Source: Mobula hypostoma
Taxonomy: Eukaryota
Length of the DNA stretch: 64,000 nucleotides
NCBI RefSeq assembly: GCF_963921235.1
Contig: NC_086107.1
Span: forward strand, 106,766,001-106,830,000
Direction: 5' to 3'
Shown: in pieces, positions 1 to 13,184 of the stretch
How the letters are laid out: the number at the start of each line of letters is the position of its first letter
Numbering within the stretch: position 1 is the first letter of the stretch
Made by a program: the position numbers and the translations under genes
The notes under the pieces: generated by a model
What the model saw: the letters and a program-made list of their open reading frames with translations, nothing else
What the model was told of the DNA's origin: nothing
Database searches by the model: none

Positions 1-3000
1 ATCGGGAGGTTGTCCGTCGTGTCTGACGACGACAGGAGACCTGTGCAGGAAGTTTTTAAAGTGGAAAAGTGGAAAAGGCTGGAAGGGTCTGTTACCTAGA
101 TAAATAAACCTACATTTTAAAGATCCGATGGCAGAGAAGAAGAAGCTGCTCCAAAAAATATTGAGTGTAGGCCTTCACCCTGATGGTAGGTTTACCAATG
201 CTTGGTAAAGACTTGTTACCCACCACATAAATACACTCCATTATTTTTATAAACGTCTATAAGGTCACCCCTCAGACTTTTGCGTTCCAGTGAGAACAAT
301 CCCAGCCCAACCAATCTCTCCTTGTAATTAAACCACTCTATTGGTTGCAGTGTCATAGTGAATGTCTTCCGCACTCTTTCTCCTGCTGCCATATCCTTCC
401 TATAACACGGTGACCAGAACTTCACACAATAGTCCACGTGTCTTATACAGTTATAACATCATGGTCCAACTCTTCTACTCAATGCCCATGCTTATGACAG
501 TCCGAAAGCCACATTCCTTCTTCACTAACCTATCCATAACATCGCCATTAAGGGGCTTTGAACTTGGGTCCCTCGGCTTCTAAGTTCCCTTGTGTTTACT
601 TTATATTCTCAACTAGTATTAGACAGCCAAAAATTCATTACCTCACACTTGTTTGCATTAATCAGAATCAGGTTTAATATCACCAGCATATGTTGTGAAA
701 TTGTTAACAGCAACAGCAGTACAATGCAAAACATGATAAAAATAGAAAAAAAACTAAATCACAGTAAGTATATTTTTATTTATTTATTAAATAGGTACAA
801 AAAAACAGAAATAAAAAAATGGTGAGATAGTGTTCATGGTTTCAATGTCCATTTAGAAATCGGATGGCAGAGGGGAAGACGCTGTTCCTGAATCACTGAG
901 TGTGTGCCTTCAGACTCCTGTACCTCCTACCTGATGGTAATGATGAGAAAAGGGCATCTCCTGGGTGGTGGGGGTCCTTAATGATGGAAGCTGCTTTTCT
1001 GAGGCATTACTCCTTGAAGATGTCTTGGCTACTACGGAGTCCATGATGGAGCTGACTAATTTTACAACTCTCTGCATCACATCTCAACGCTGTGCAGTAG
1101 CCCCCACCGCCCGCCCCATACCAGACAGAGATGCAGCCAGTCAGAATGCTCTCCATTGTATATCTGTAGAAATCTGAATTCCATCTGCTACCATTTTTCC
1201 CTGTTTTCCAGCTAATCTAAGTTCCTCCGTATCCCTGGGCAACCGTCCTCACTATCTACAATTCCAACAACCATGTTGTCAGCAAACTTACTGAGACGTC
1301 AGATACTCTCTGCTGACTGAGAAGGAAGACGGAAGATGCCAGCATAGGAAAGGTGGGAGGAGGGGAAGGAGGCTAACTAGGAGGTGATAGGTGGGCGGGA
1401 AAGGTCAAGGGCCAGAGAAGAAGGAAGCTGATAGGAGAGGAGAGTGGACTATAGGAGAAAGGGAGGGAAGAGGGGACCCGGGGGGGCAAGTGACATTCAT
1501 TTCCATAGATGCTGCCTAACCCGCTGAGTTCCTTCAGCGTTTTGTGTGTGCGTGTGTCGCTTTGGGTTTCCAGCATCGTGTTTCAGATGTTCTCACCCAA
1601 CGAGGCCACAGCCCTGATCCGTGCAGTATATTACTGGTTACAGACATCCAGTCGGTAAAACAACCCTCCACTACTACCCTCCAATCCAAAACTGGCTTGG
1701 TAATACTTGTATGAGGCAGTGCTCCAAAACACTCCGGCCAGCAAGTGTCCTTGCTTTCTGGAGCTGCCCACCACGCAAGATCTAAAAATCCTTGCTAAAG
1801 TCCACATATACAATATCTACTGCCTTGCTTCAACAAATTTCACAGTAACCTCCTCAAAAAAAAACCTTCACATTTCTGAGTCAGGATTTCACAAGCGCAA
1901 AACTGTATCAACTCCACTATCAGTCTCCTGCCTTTCCAGAGGTCATACATCCTACTTCCAATAATTTTTTTCTAATCGTTTCCTTAGAAGCCCAAAGTTC
2001 AGCGAGTCTAATCTAATTTACTACTAACACAAAGTCTTATCGCTGCAATCCTTCTTGAATATATGAACATTAGCTACCCTGCAGTACCTCACCCGTGACT
2101 AAAGATGATGCAAAAATCTCAGTCCAAAAGGAGACCATTCAGTTCATTGTTTACATGGTGATCAAAAGCCTTTTGTTTCCGAGGGCCTTCAGTAAAAGAT
2201 GGTCAGTCATTAATAAATGCAGTAAGGACTTGAGGAGAAGCATTTTTATCCAAAATGGTGAAGGAATGGCTGAGGTAAAAACCAGATCACGGGTTCGTGA
2301 GGAAGCTGAAGAATTGCACGAAGAAGACAGGAAGGGGAAGGATTTATTGATGCAGCAGTTGGAGAGAGAAAAAGAAGAGGCTTCTGTGGAACACAAACGC
2401 CAGCACCTGGTCCCAATGGCCTACTTCTGAGCCGATGTCTCAATCAATATTAAACTAAAGCAAGGCTACTAGGTGCCCCAATAGCCAATGAAGTCATAAT
2501 CATACTTCATTGATCCCGGGGGAAATTGGTTTTCGTTACAGTTGCACCATAAATAATAAATAGTAATAGAACCATAATAGTTAAATAATAATATGTAAAT
2601 TATGCCAGTAAATTATGAAATAAGTCCAGGACCAGCCTATCGGCTCAGGGTGTCTGACCCTCCAAGGGAGGAGTTGTAAAGTTTGATGGCCACAGGCAGG
2701 AGTGACTTCCTATGACGCTCTGTGTTGCATCTCGGTGGAATGAGTCTCTGGCTGAATGTACTCCTGTGCCCAACCAGTCCGTTATGTAGTGGATGGGAGA
2801 CATTGTCCAAGTGCAGTTACTGTTACCGGCTCCTTGAAAAATTGGGAGAAGTTACATGCAAAAGTAATGTCGAATATCAGACCACGAATACTGGAATTCA
2901 GCAATAGGGCTGGAAGTTCTCTGCAGGTTAGCAACACCTGTGGAGAGAGGTTTAGATCTTTGACCTCAACTTTCAAAGTACAAAGTAGGTATACATTATA

Positions 3001-3007
3001 CAACCTT

Positions 3008-3311
3008 GAGATTGGATAGCCAGCGCCTCTTCCCCAGGGCACCACTGCTCAATACAAGAGGACATGACTTTAAGGTAAGGGGTGGGAAGTTCAAGGGGAA
3101 TATTAGAGGAAGGTTTTTTACTCAGAGAGTGGCTGGTGCGTGGAATGCACTGCCTGAGTCAGTGGTGGAGGCAGATACACTCGTGAAGTTTAAGAGACTA
3201 CTAGACAGGTATATGGAGGAATTTAAGGTGGGGGCTTACATGGGAGGCAGGGTTTGAGGGTCGGTACAACATTGTGGGCCGAAAGGCCTGTACTGTGCTG
3301 TACTATTCTAT
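3008..3311 (+). mobile_element. CR1 LINE 3' fragment
   Basis: TRGHDFKVRGGKF...FFTQRVAGAWNALP. Confidence 0.85.
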
Positions 3312-5688
3312 GAATCTCCCAACAGGAAACCATGAAACAAAGAAAGCTAAAAGAAGCCGTTTAAAACAAGACCGTCAAACACTTAACATGCAGAGAGGAA
3401 AAAAAAACAAATCATGCAAACAATAAACACAAGCAAATAGCGTTCTGAACTGAAGTCCACAAAGGGTGTCTGTCTATAAAACCTTAGTTCAGCGCATGAT
3501 GGGGTAACGGGGTAGGTAAATAGGGGTACAGACTAAGAACAATGGTCAATCACCTTGGGTGCGCCTTAGCTTACTGTTTTGGACAGTCAAACAGAAGCTT
3601 TACCCAATAACCGGTGACGTACTAGTCATTGTTCTCTAAAGACAGGCAAAGGCTCAAATAAGGAACTATCTGATCTTGCAGAAGCAGCTCAAGGTATAGC
3701 TAAATATGGCAAGTATAGTGTAGGGGCTAGAATGTTCTGGAGAAAAGAGGAAGGGGTCCGAATGAGGAACTGATGGGCTAGCTTTGGCTTAAAATAATTA
3801 TAACTAACTGACCAATGATTATTTTATATCTAATTATATCTTAGCATGTAATTGAAATGATTCTAATATTATCTAAACTTGTAATCGTAAGATTTCCTGC
3901 TACCTGATTAACGTTATATATTGTGGAGAATTGTGTAATTCGGGGGCAGTGTCTGGACTGGCTCCTTTGGGAGATCAGTCTGTAACTTCCCCCATAGCAT
4001 GCTATGAGTAAAGAATAAGGGTTTGAAAAAGAATTACGTGTGTTAGTGTTTTTGTGGTATTTTGTCTTTGCATCGGTCAGTCCAGTACGACACGCAGAGT
4101 CGAGTAAGCATCCTGGAGCAGTGAGCTGAACTGGCCCGTCCCTCACCTTGGGCTCTGACACCCTAACTTTTTCAGTCTGGCCTGGCACATAACTTGTCCA
4201 AACATTGGGTTCTGTCACTTCCACATGCTCTGAAGCCTGGACCCCACCACCTCGACTCGGCCTGAACCCGACTTTTCCAATTCGATCTGAACCACCAATT
4301 CTGTTTTACTTTCTTCAAATGCCGCCTGACCTAAGGATTTTCAGTATTTTCTTGTTTTTATACGAGAGCAAAACATCCATTCTTTGAAAGACTGATTGAA
4401 CAGCCATGATAAGAGACCAAAAACTTGCTACAATAAAATGGCTCTCCGACAGCAGCATAATTCACACTTCTGACAATAAGCCGCTCCCTCAGAACTGTCC
4501 TAATGGTGTCTTCCTAAAGTCACATGAGCGAGTTCCATCGTTTGAGACCTAAATACTGAATCGCATTGTGCCTATCACAAAGGGCAGGGGCTTGTCACAT
4601 GAAAACTCACGTGGGAGCTGCCTCAATGCTGCTCTCTCATTCTCTCACTCCATGGCAGAAGGGTCAGAGGACTGGTCCCACGCGAACTTCAGGCGGGATC
4701 TAAAAATACCTACAATAATTTGGCCACACACTCGCCACTTTGTTCTCCAAGCACTGCTAAAGGGCATGGAGCAAGCACAACGGGAGTGATGAAAGAGTTT
4801 GAAATGTTGCACCGTGTAATTGGCGAGATGCTGGGAAGTGGTGATCCTGAGATGAGAATAATCTCTTTGACTTGCTCACACAACGTTGACATCACTGGAA
4901 GACCACCATCTATTGGCCATCCCTAACTGATCTTGAAGCCTCCTTGTACCATCCGATGAAGACACTCCTATTGGAGCTCTAAGATTTAGACCCAGGTTGC
5001 AACTCATTCTAGTAATAGACACTTAAAAGCCCTGCCACAAATTCAAGATTGATTTTCATTCAATCACACATGAATACAACCAAACAGGACAGCGATATTC
5101 CGGGGCCAAGGTACAAAACACAGTCCCAAAAGTCACACACAGCATGCAAAAAAATAGTCCAGACCCTGAGTCCACGTAATGCCACAGGAATCTGCAGTCG
5201 ACCACAACACGGCTTGCTTTCTGGCGAGTAAAGACTGGGGGGCAGCACTGACTCCAGCCTGGGTACAGCGCCACACCGCCCCTGGAGGAGCACACTGGCT
5301 CTGGCGCGCGCCCCCCCGCCCCGGCGGCTGTAATCAGGCGACACTGTGGCTTGAGGCCTTGTCCTTGCTGTGACTGAGGCCACGCAATTCCCCTGCTCTC
5401 TGCCAATGAATCGGTGAATCACTCGTGCAGCAGTCCGCATTAACAATGTCCAAAAGGGTCTTGCAATCGCCAGAAAAGCGACTAAGACGGTCACTCGCTA
5501 TTAGACTGCACGCCTCCATTAAAGCACCCACCACGGCCTTGACGTTTCCTACCTCCAGTCCCCACATTCCAAAGACAAACATTACAGGGTTATTAAGTTG
5601 TAGGCATGCTGTGTTGGCGCTGGGAGTATGGCGACACTTGCAGTAAGTCCTCAATATAAACAACACACTTTATTGTATGTTTTGATGT

Positions 5689-6227
5689 GTTCGTCCATCG
5701 TCGACATCGATGAGGACCTCGACACCATTATGATGGTGTCGAGACTAGCGCGTGATTTGGATTTAAGTGAGGGAGAGTTGCCTCACTCTCTCTTCCCAAT
5801 TCCCGTCTGGATCCAGTGGCAAGACAGAGTCGAGACGGCTGGAGATGGGACTAGGCACAGTGGATGACCAGGGCGTCTTCTGTGTCTTGTCCTGCTCTAC
5901 ACGTTCCACGACGCTTGCAGAAACCGCCTTCTTGACCATTGGACCTTCCATTGGTCTCGTCCACTCAATCCGCCGGAGTCTGTCTTCACATGCTGGGATA
6001 GACAACTCCCTATCTCACCGAGGGTTTGAGACCCGTCGGCTACCCTCACCTGGTTTAGCCGGCTTGTCGAAGCCGTTGCCCGGGGTGTGGCCGCTGTCGC
6101 ATGCAAACTGCTACGGGAAGCCACAGGTGAGAGCTGACAGCCAGGTGGGGACCAAAGGTGGACTAACCGCCTTGAAAAGGACACGACATGTTCCCCCAAC
6201 AGAGGTGCTACCCCTCCCTGACACCCC
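5689..6227 (-). mobile_element. Non-autonomous RTE-type retroelement, 539 bp, with 12-bp TSD
   Basis: ATGTTTTGATGT duplicated at 5677-5688 and 6228-6239. CpG-rich, no transposase or RT ORF. Terminal 11-bp hairpin at 5718-5743. RTE assignment is from resemblance to RTE 5'UTRs and TSD length. Confidence 0.75.
6043..6227 (-). ncRNA. Candidate HDV-like self-cleaving ribozyme at the 5' end of the element
   Basis: P1 GGGGUGU/ACACCCC; P2 CUCUCACCUG/CAGGUGAGGG; P3 GGC/GCC; GG for P1.1; P4 CGGCUU-CGAC-AAGCCG; J4/2 GCUAAAC. Elements occur in the correct order, and G1 abuts the TSD. Confidence 0.65.
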
Positions 6228-6707
6228 ATGTTTTGATGTACATGTGACAAATAAAGATGATCTATAATCTCCCAAAACCTCTACATTCCATCAATTCTGG
6301 CTTCAGTTTTAAAATCCAACCTAGCCAGGGCCAAACTAAACCACACCTGAGACAGCACCAACACAGATTAGCCTCGCCAAGGATGGCTGGGGTTATCCAG
6401 ACTGTACTTGAGCATCCTGATTTCGTTTGCTTCCAGCACTGGAAGTGTGCGTTCAGCTGTTGAGGCTCATAGACTCCTGAGGTGTCTCCCTGAACCCCTC
6501 CAATTCTCCTTCCTCTTATAAAGGAACTCCTTCAGACCAACGTATGAGGTGGTAGTGATGTTCAAAGGTTCAAAGGTAAAAATAGTATCGAGAACATGAG
6601 ATGTAAAGAGTTGTTGAATATGAATCTGTAGATCATAGAGTCAGTTCAGAGTTGTGGTGAGTGAAGTTATCCATGCCAGTTCAGGATCCTGATAGGTGTA
6701 GGGTAAT

Positions 6708-6830
6708 CACAAGGAAATCTGCAGATGCTGGAATTTCAAGCAACACACATGAAAGTTACTGGTGAACGCAGCAGGCCAGGCAGCATCTCTAGGAAGAGGT
6801 ACAGTCGACGTTTCGGGCCGAGACCTTAAG
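6708..6830 (-). mobile_element. Short Penelope-like terminal-repeat insertion, 14-bp TSD
   Basis: AGGTGTAGGGTAAT at 6694-6707 and 6831-6844; truncated inside hammerhead stem II. Confidence 0.8.
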
Positions 6831-8144
6831 AGGTGTAGGGTAATAACTGTTCCTGAACCTGTTGGTGTGGGTCCTGAGGCTCCTGTACCTCCTCCCCAGT
6901 GGTGTTAACAAGAAGAGGACCTGGCCTGGATGGTAGCTTTACTGTATTGTATGCTAATGAAACATATCACAATGAAAGAGAGAGAGAGATTCCAGACTAT
7001 TGAGTATAAAAGTGGATCGAAAGAGAAGGTTCTAGAGAAAGCCACAACACGAGGGGTATATAGACAGGGTAAACGCAAGTAGCTTTTTTCCACTGACATT
7101 GGGCGAGACTAGAACTAAAAGTCATGGGTGAAAGGTGAAATGTTTAAGGGGAATATCGGGGGGACTTCTTCACTCAGAGGGTGGTGAGAGTGTGGAGTGA
7201 GCTGCCAGCAGAAGTGGTGGATATAGGTGTAATTTCAACATTTAAGAGGATCTGGGTAAGTACATGGATGGGAGGTGTTTGGAGGGCTATGGTCCAGTGC
7301 AGGTCAATGGGATGAAGCAGATCAATAGGCCAGCATGGACTAGATAGGCCAAAGGGCCTGTTTCTGTGCGGTAATGTTCCATGACTGGATGAAAGTACAA
7401 GGAGCACAGAGAGGAAGTGGAGCGGCTGGTGGATTGGTGTGAGATGAAAGGAAATCATTTAGGATGAACCATCCCCCATGGCTCCTTTGTAGAGAGAGTC
7501 AAGTGCACCAAGCTCCTGGGACTTCACATCATGGAGGACCTCAACTGGTCCTCCAATACCACCTCCCTGAACAAGAAGGCACAGTAGTGCCTCCACTTCC
7601 TCAGCAGGTTGAGGCAAATGTGTCCCCCCCCCATCTTAACTGCATTTTACAGGAGCACCATTGAGAGCGTCCTGACAAGTTACATCGCCACCTGGTATGG
7701 GAGCAGCCAAGCAATGGACTGGAAATCCCCCACAAAGGACTGTGAGAATGGCTGAGGGGATTATAGGGGCTTCCTACCATTCACCTGGGACATTTATCAG
7801 GAGTACTGTGTACGCTGGGCCCTTAGCATTATCCTCTTTGACTTTCTACCATCAGGCAGAAGCCTCCAATGTATAACAACAAGAACGGTCAGGATGGAAA
7901 ACAACTTTCTTCCCTCTGACCACCAGGCTTCTGAACTCTCTGCTACAACGCATTCGAAGCGTGACTGGTTAATCTGTTCTGTACCCTACAATATTTATTT
8001 TATGGCTTAGTTTTTGCATAATTCATCCGTAGATTTTATCCTTACTTTGTTGTGTATGTTATGTGTACTACTGTGCTTTACACCCCAGTTCGGAGAAAGA
8101 TCTCATTTGAGAGTATACACGTATATAGTTAAATGACAAACTTG

Positions 8145-8592
8145 AATGTCATATGTTGAAAAATTGGAGCGACTGGGCTTGTATACACTGGAATTTAGAA
8201 GGATGAGAGGGGATCTGATTGAAACATATAAGATTATTAAGGGATTGGACACGCTAGAGGCAGGAAACATGTTCCCGATGTTGGGGGAGTCCAGAACCAG
8301 AGGCCACAGTTTAAGAATAAGGGGTAGACCATTTAAAACAGAGTTGAGGAAAAACTTTTTCACACAGAGGGTTGTGGTTCTGTGGAATGCTCTGCCTCAG
8401 AAGGCAGTGGAGGCCAATTCTCTGGATTCTTTCAAGAAAGAGTTCGATGGAGCTCTTAAAGATAGCAGAGTGAAGGGATATGGGGATAAGGCAGGAACAG
8501 GGTACTGATTGTGGATGATCAGCTATGATCACAGTGAATGGTGGTGCTGGCTCAAAGGGCCGAATGGCCTACTCCTGTACCTATTGTCTATT
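8145..8592 (+). mobile_element. CR1 LINE 3' fragment
   Basis: LGLYTLEFRRMRGDLIETYKI...RTRGHSLRI...FFTQRVVVLWNALP; tail CCTATTGTCTATTG. Confidence 0.92.
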
Positions 8593-9844
8593 GACTTGAA
8601 AGGGAAAATAGAAATGTTTCAATATTCTTAATGTAGCTTAGTCTCTTGTAAAGCACTTTGGGATGTTGTGTTATGTTAGGGTCACTAGGTAAGTGGAAGC
8701 TATGTAGTTTGGTGAAGATTTCCTTGGACTTTAATCCCACAGCTTTGCCTGCATAGTCAGATCAATTCTCTGGTTTTGGCAGGGATTGGGGCAACAGCAG
8801 GGTCTGGAGGCTGTGCTGACATCCAGGGAACTGGCTTGGAAGTAGCACTGCTCTTTACACACTGTGCACCTTACAGGATTTGACTGGAATGCTGCCAGAA
8901 CATCTCCCCTCCCACCCCTTGCCCATCTGCTTGGGAATTGTGGCTCTGCTAACTTGCGTGAGAATTGTGCCCTGCTCACTCAGTTTCCTGCCTTCCCCAA
9001 GCCAGTTCCTGTCAGCCACGGTCTTCTTTCTAATTATTTCTCTGACCCTTTCAAGCTGTGAGACGCTTCGGTTATTTTCTGATTTCCCTCTTTCCATCTC
9101 ATTAGTCAGGTGTCAAGAGCAGGGAACTGCAAAGAATGAGATCTAAAATCACGAATAGTAACAGGTCAGAGTTACAAAGGGATGAGGGATTCTTCTTTTT
9201 CAAGTGGAAGGCAGACGAAATAAGCTATAATTTTGCTAGAGAATGGTGAACCTTCTTCCAGATGAATGAGTGAACCCTGAACAGCATTCCCACTCACTCC
9301 CTATTTTCTTTTGCATTCTACATTAAGCTCCACCCTGCTTCCCTGAGTTTCTTTCCATCGAGGATGCTAATCCTCCGGTGACCTTAACGGAGATAAATAC
9401 ACGCAAACAGGTGCATGCACGCACGCTGGGGAGGAGGAGAGAGCGAAAGAGGGGAGAGGGGAGAAGAGCGAGAGAGCCAGGGACACAGATGCTGTCGCCG
9501 TAAGCAGTGAGCCACGTTGGGAAAATTACACAGAGCAGACATGATTTGATAAAGCGAGGCGCAGAATACAAGAGCAAGCAAGTCGTGGTGAACCTTTGTG
9601 AAGCACTGACTCAGCTGCAGCTGCCCTGTTCTGAGTACCACACTTGAGAGGATGTAGCAGTGATTTGCCAGAATGTTTCCAGGCATGGGGTATAGACTGC
9701 AGAAGCTCACACTGGTACAGGGGCAGATGCAAGGGGAGCTGAGAGAATGGAATTTAAATCACAGAGTATTGTTATTACCATTGGTAGAGGGGGGGCAGGA
9801 ACAGGGGCCACTAGAAAGATAACTGGCAAAACAATCAAAAGTGA

Positions 9845-10100
9845 TTTATTTATTTATTGAGATACAGCATAGAATAGGCCCATCCAGCCACAGCACCCAG
9901 CAATCCCCCGATTTAATCCTATCTTAATCACAGGACAATTTACAATGCCAATTAACTTACTAACTGGTACCTCTTTGGACTGTGGAGGAAACCCACGCAC
10001 TCACAGGGGAGAACGTACAAACTCCTTACAGGCAGCGGCGGGAATAGAACCGGGGTCACCGGTACTGTAAAGCATCGTGCTAACCACTGTGCAGCCATGC
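9845..10100 (-). mobile_element. V-domain tRNA SINE
   Basis: Reverse-complement homology to 17456-17722. Confidence 0.8.
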
Positions 10101-10261
10101 CATTACAACCACTTATCTGAACTGCTGGGATTGTAGTGAAGGTACATCTGCAGCAGAGGGCAAGGCAGATTTGATTATGTTTCAAAGCGAGCTGGATATT
10201 TGAGAGAAGGGGCTATGGGGTGAGGGAGGGGAGTGTGACAAATTGGATTACTCCTATGTGG

Positions 10262-10810
10262 TCAGACTTCACTTGGAGGACTTTGAGCAGTTTGGGCCCC
10301 TTATTTAAGGAAGGATGTGCTGGCATTGGAGAAGGTCCAGAAGAATTATCTTGGGAACGAAAGGGTTAATATATGAGGAGCTTTTGATCACTTTGGGCCT
10401 GTATTCGCTGGAATTTGGAAGAATGAGCGGGGATCTCATCTAAACCTGTCGAATATTGAAAGGTTTAGATAGAGTGGATATGGAAAGGATGCTTCCCGTA
10501 CTGGGAGTGTCTAGGACCAGAGTGCACAGCCTCAGAATACAAGGACATCCCTTTAAAACAGAGATGAGGAATTTCTTTAGCCAGAGGATGGTGAATCTGT
10601 GGAATTTGTTGCCACAGACGGCTGTGGAGGCCAAGTCTTTGGGTGTACTTAAAGCGGAGGAGGATAAGTTCTTGATTAGTAAGGGCATCGAAGATTATGA
10701 GGAGAAAGCAGGAAAATGGGGTCAAGAGGTTTAATAAATCAGCCATGATGGAATGTCGGAGCAGACTCGATGGGCCCAGTGGTCTAATTCTGATCCTTTG
10801 TCTTATGTTC
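10262..10810 (+). mobile_element. CR1 LINE 3' fragment
   Basis: KGLDRVDMERM...RNFFSQRMVNLWNLLP. Confidence 0.85.
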
Positions 10811-10818
10811 TCATAGAG

Positions 10819-11055
10819 TTACTTGTGTTGGGCACATGGCCAAATGGTTAAGGCGTTCATCTAGTGATCTGAAGGTCGCTAGCTCGAGTCTCAGCTGTGG
10901 CGGCGTGTTTGTGCCCTTGAGCAAGGCACTTCACCACACATTGCTCTACTGTCTGTGTGAGGAGTGGCGCCCCACACAGACTTCCAATCTGCGCCTTGTA
11001 AGGCATGAAAGTGCCTGACGCAGGCCTCTCATGGTCTGAGTCGATGTTCCCCCCC
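10819..11055 (+). mobile_element. tRNA-derived SINE with CORE-like block
   Basis: TGGCCAAATGGTTAAGGCG head; GTGCCCTTGAGCAAGGCACTTCACC CORE-like motif; imperfect TSD TCTCATAGAG/TCTTATAGAG. Confidence 0.7.
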
Positions 11056-12206
11056 TCTTATAGAGAGCCAGTACAAATTTGGAAGACCGAATGGCGTTAT
11101 TTCATGCTGCAGCCATTCTCGTATTCAGAGACACTGATACACAGACAGACAAGATCAACAAGCCCGCTGGAGAAACAGAAATGTGACCTCCAGTCAACAT
11201 TTAATCGTGCACCAAAGACATACACACACACCCTTGTGTGTCAAAGTGGTGCCGGTGTTTATCGATGGATAAGCCACAAAGGGTCCCTGTTTTTCTGTGG
11301 CCCATGACATTCTGTGATAAACAATGGCCCCTAACTGATGGATTGGAATTTGCCGAAGGGTTTCGACCCGAAATGTCGACTGTGCTTTTATCCATAGATG
11401 CTGCCTGGCCTGCTGAATTCCCCCAGCATTTTGTGTGTGTTGCTCGGATTTCCAGCATCTGCAGAATTTCTCTTGTTTGTCATTGGAATTTGTGCTGTAC
11501 GTCACTGACAAGCAAAAGATTAAACCTATTCCCATGCAGTCTACAACAAACAGAAATGGTTCAAGTACAAATGGTTAAACAAGTCGTACTCTGACATCAT
11601 CACAGGTCAGCCTCTGATTGGATGCCCTCCCGTACGTCACCTCCTGCAAGTTGGATTGGATGAAAGCCCAATAAATGGCCCCAGTGCTATTCAGCTCGGA
11701 AACCAGGCACTAATCACTGCGGACATTCTCTTCTGAAATCTCGTTGTGAGAAATAACTCTGGGCAGATCCAATTGTTTTCCCCTTGAACAGAGATGAAGC
11801 TGTCCTTCAATGTCGATTAAATCAAATACAGGACGCCTGAATATGCAGATGCTCAAATCCATATACAACCTTCCTCCAAATCTAGCTTAATATAGAACCC
11901 TGCAACGGAGGATCCTATGTAATTGTAAGACATCCTATAAGTAACGGCTTGTATTTGTACAAATCACTCCCCGTCACCAGGCATCAATCCTTACTCCAGA
12001 AGCACTCTTACAACTCCAGTGTCTGTCGTCATCAAAGGAAGGCAGAGAAAATTACTGCCATTTTGATCTGAATAACAACTCCTCTTTGATACCGAGGTGG
12101 AAGTAGATAAGAGAATTTTTGTTTTAAAACATCAGGTTGCCGTGAGCAACACACACAAAATGCTTGAGGAACTCAGCAGGTCAGGCGGCATCTATGGAGA
12201 GGAAAA

Positions 12207-12245
12207 CAGTCAACATTTCGGCCCGAGGGCCTTCCTCAGGATTGG
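12207..12245 (-). ncRNA. Minimal hammerhead motif variant
   Basis: Minus strand AAUC-CUGAGGA-A-GGCC-CUCG-GGCC-GAAAUGUU-GACUG. Stem II sequence differs from the other copies but still pairs. Confidence 0.5.
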
Positions 12246-12389
12246 AAAGGAAGTGGGGAGATGCAAAAATAGAAAGGTGGGGGGAGGAGAAGGAGCGTGA
12301 ATGTTTGAAGAAGGGAACAATTGCGTGGCTAGGCACAGCTCAAACACCATCTATAAATTTGTCAACGACACAACTATTGTTGAAAGAAA

Positions 12390-13145
12390 TTCAGATGGTG
12401 ACGAGGCGGCGTAGAGGAGCGAAGTAGATCAGCTGGTTGAGTAGTGTCGCAACAAACAGCCTTGCACTTAAAGTCAGTGAGACCAAGGAATTGATTGTGG
12501 ACTTCAGGAAGGGGAAATCGAGGGAACACACACCAGTCCTCATCGAAGGATCAGCAGTGGAGAGGGTGAGCAGTTTCAAGTTCCTGGGTGTCAGCATCTC
12601 TGAGGATCTATCCTGGGCCCAACATATTGATGCAGTTATTCATTAGCAGTTTGAGGAGATTTAGTATGTCACCAAAGACACTCTCAAATTTCTGCAGATA
12701 GAGAGCATTCTAACTAGTTGTGTTACTACCTAGCATGGACCGGCCACGCCACAGGATCGGAAAGAGCAGCAAAAAGTTGTAAATTCGGTCAGCTCCATCG
12801 TGGGTGCTGGCCTCCACAGCATCCAGGGCATTTTCAAAAGGCAATACCTCAAAAAGGTGGTATCCATCAATAAGGGCCCGCATCTCCCAGGACAAGCCCT
12901 CTTCTCATTGCTACCATCAAGGAGGTGGTACCGGAGCCTGAAGAGACACACTCAACACTTCAGGAATAGTTTCTTCCTTCCACCACTAGATTTCTGAATG
13001 GACAATGAGCCCATGAGCACTAACTCACTATTTTTCCTCTTTTTTTCACTGCTTATTTAATTTAATTTACCTCATATATATATATTTCCTATTGTAATTT
13101 ATAGTTTTATTATTATGTATTGCTGCCGCAAAACAACAAATTTCA
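12390..13145 (+). mobile_element. Rex1/Babar-type LINE 3' fragment
   Basis: KTKELIVDFRK-like motif (SETKELIVDFRK), VERVSSFKFLGVSISEDLSW, LFSLLPSRR.YRSLK. Confidence 0.8.
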
Positions 13146-13184
13146 CATTTGCCCAGATTACATCTGGGCAAAGAAGTGACAGAT

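Noticed and set aside
3497..4075. Possible solo LTR (TGATG...CATCG)
   Set aside because: No TSD, imperfect terminus and no second copy in the window; not enough to call.
5705..5750. Hammerhead at GATGAGGAC plus hairpin
   Set aside because: No CUGA start and no GAAA box; only a simple 11-bp hairpin near the element 3' end.
5767..6267. 166-aa ORF (also 60876-61364 and 29896-30441)
   Set aside because: No recognisable domain or splice structure; they lie in GC-rich non-coding repeats.
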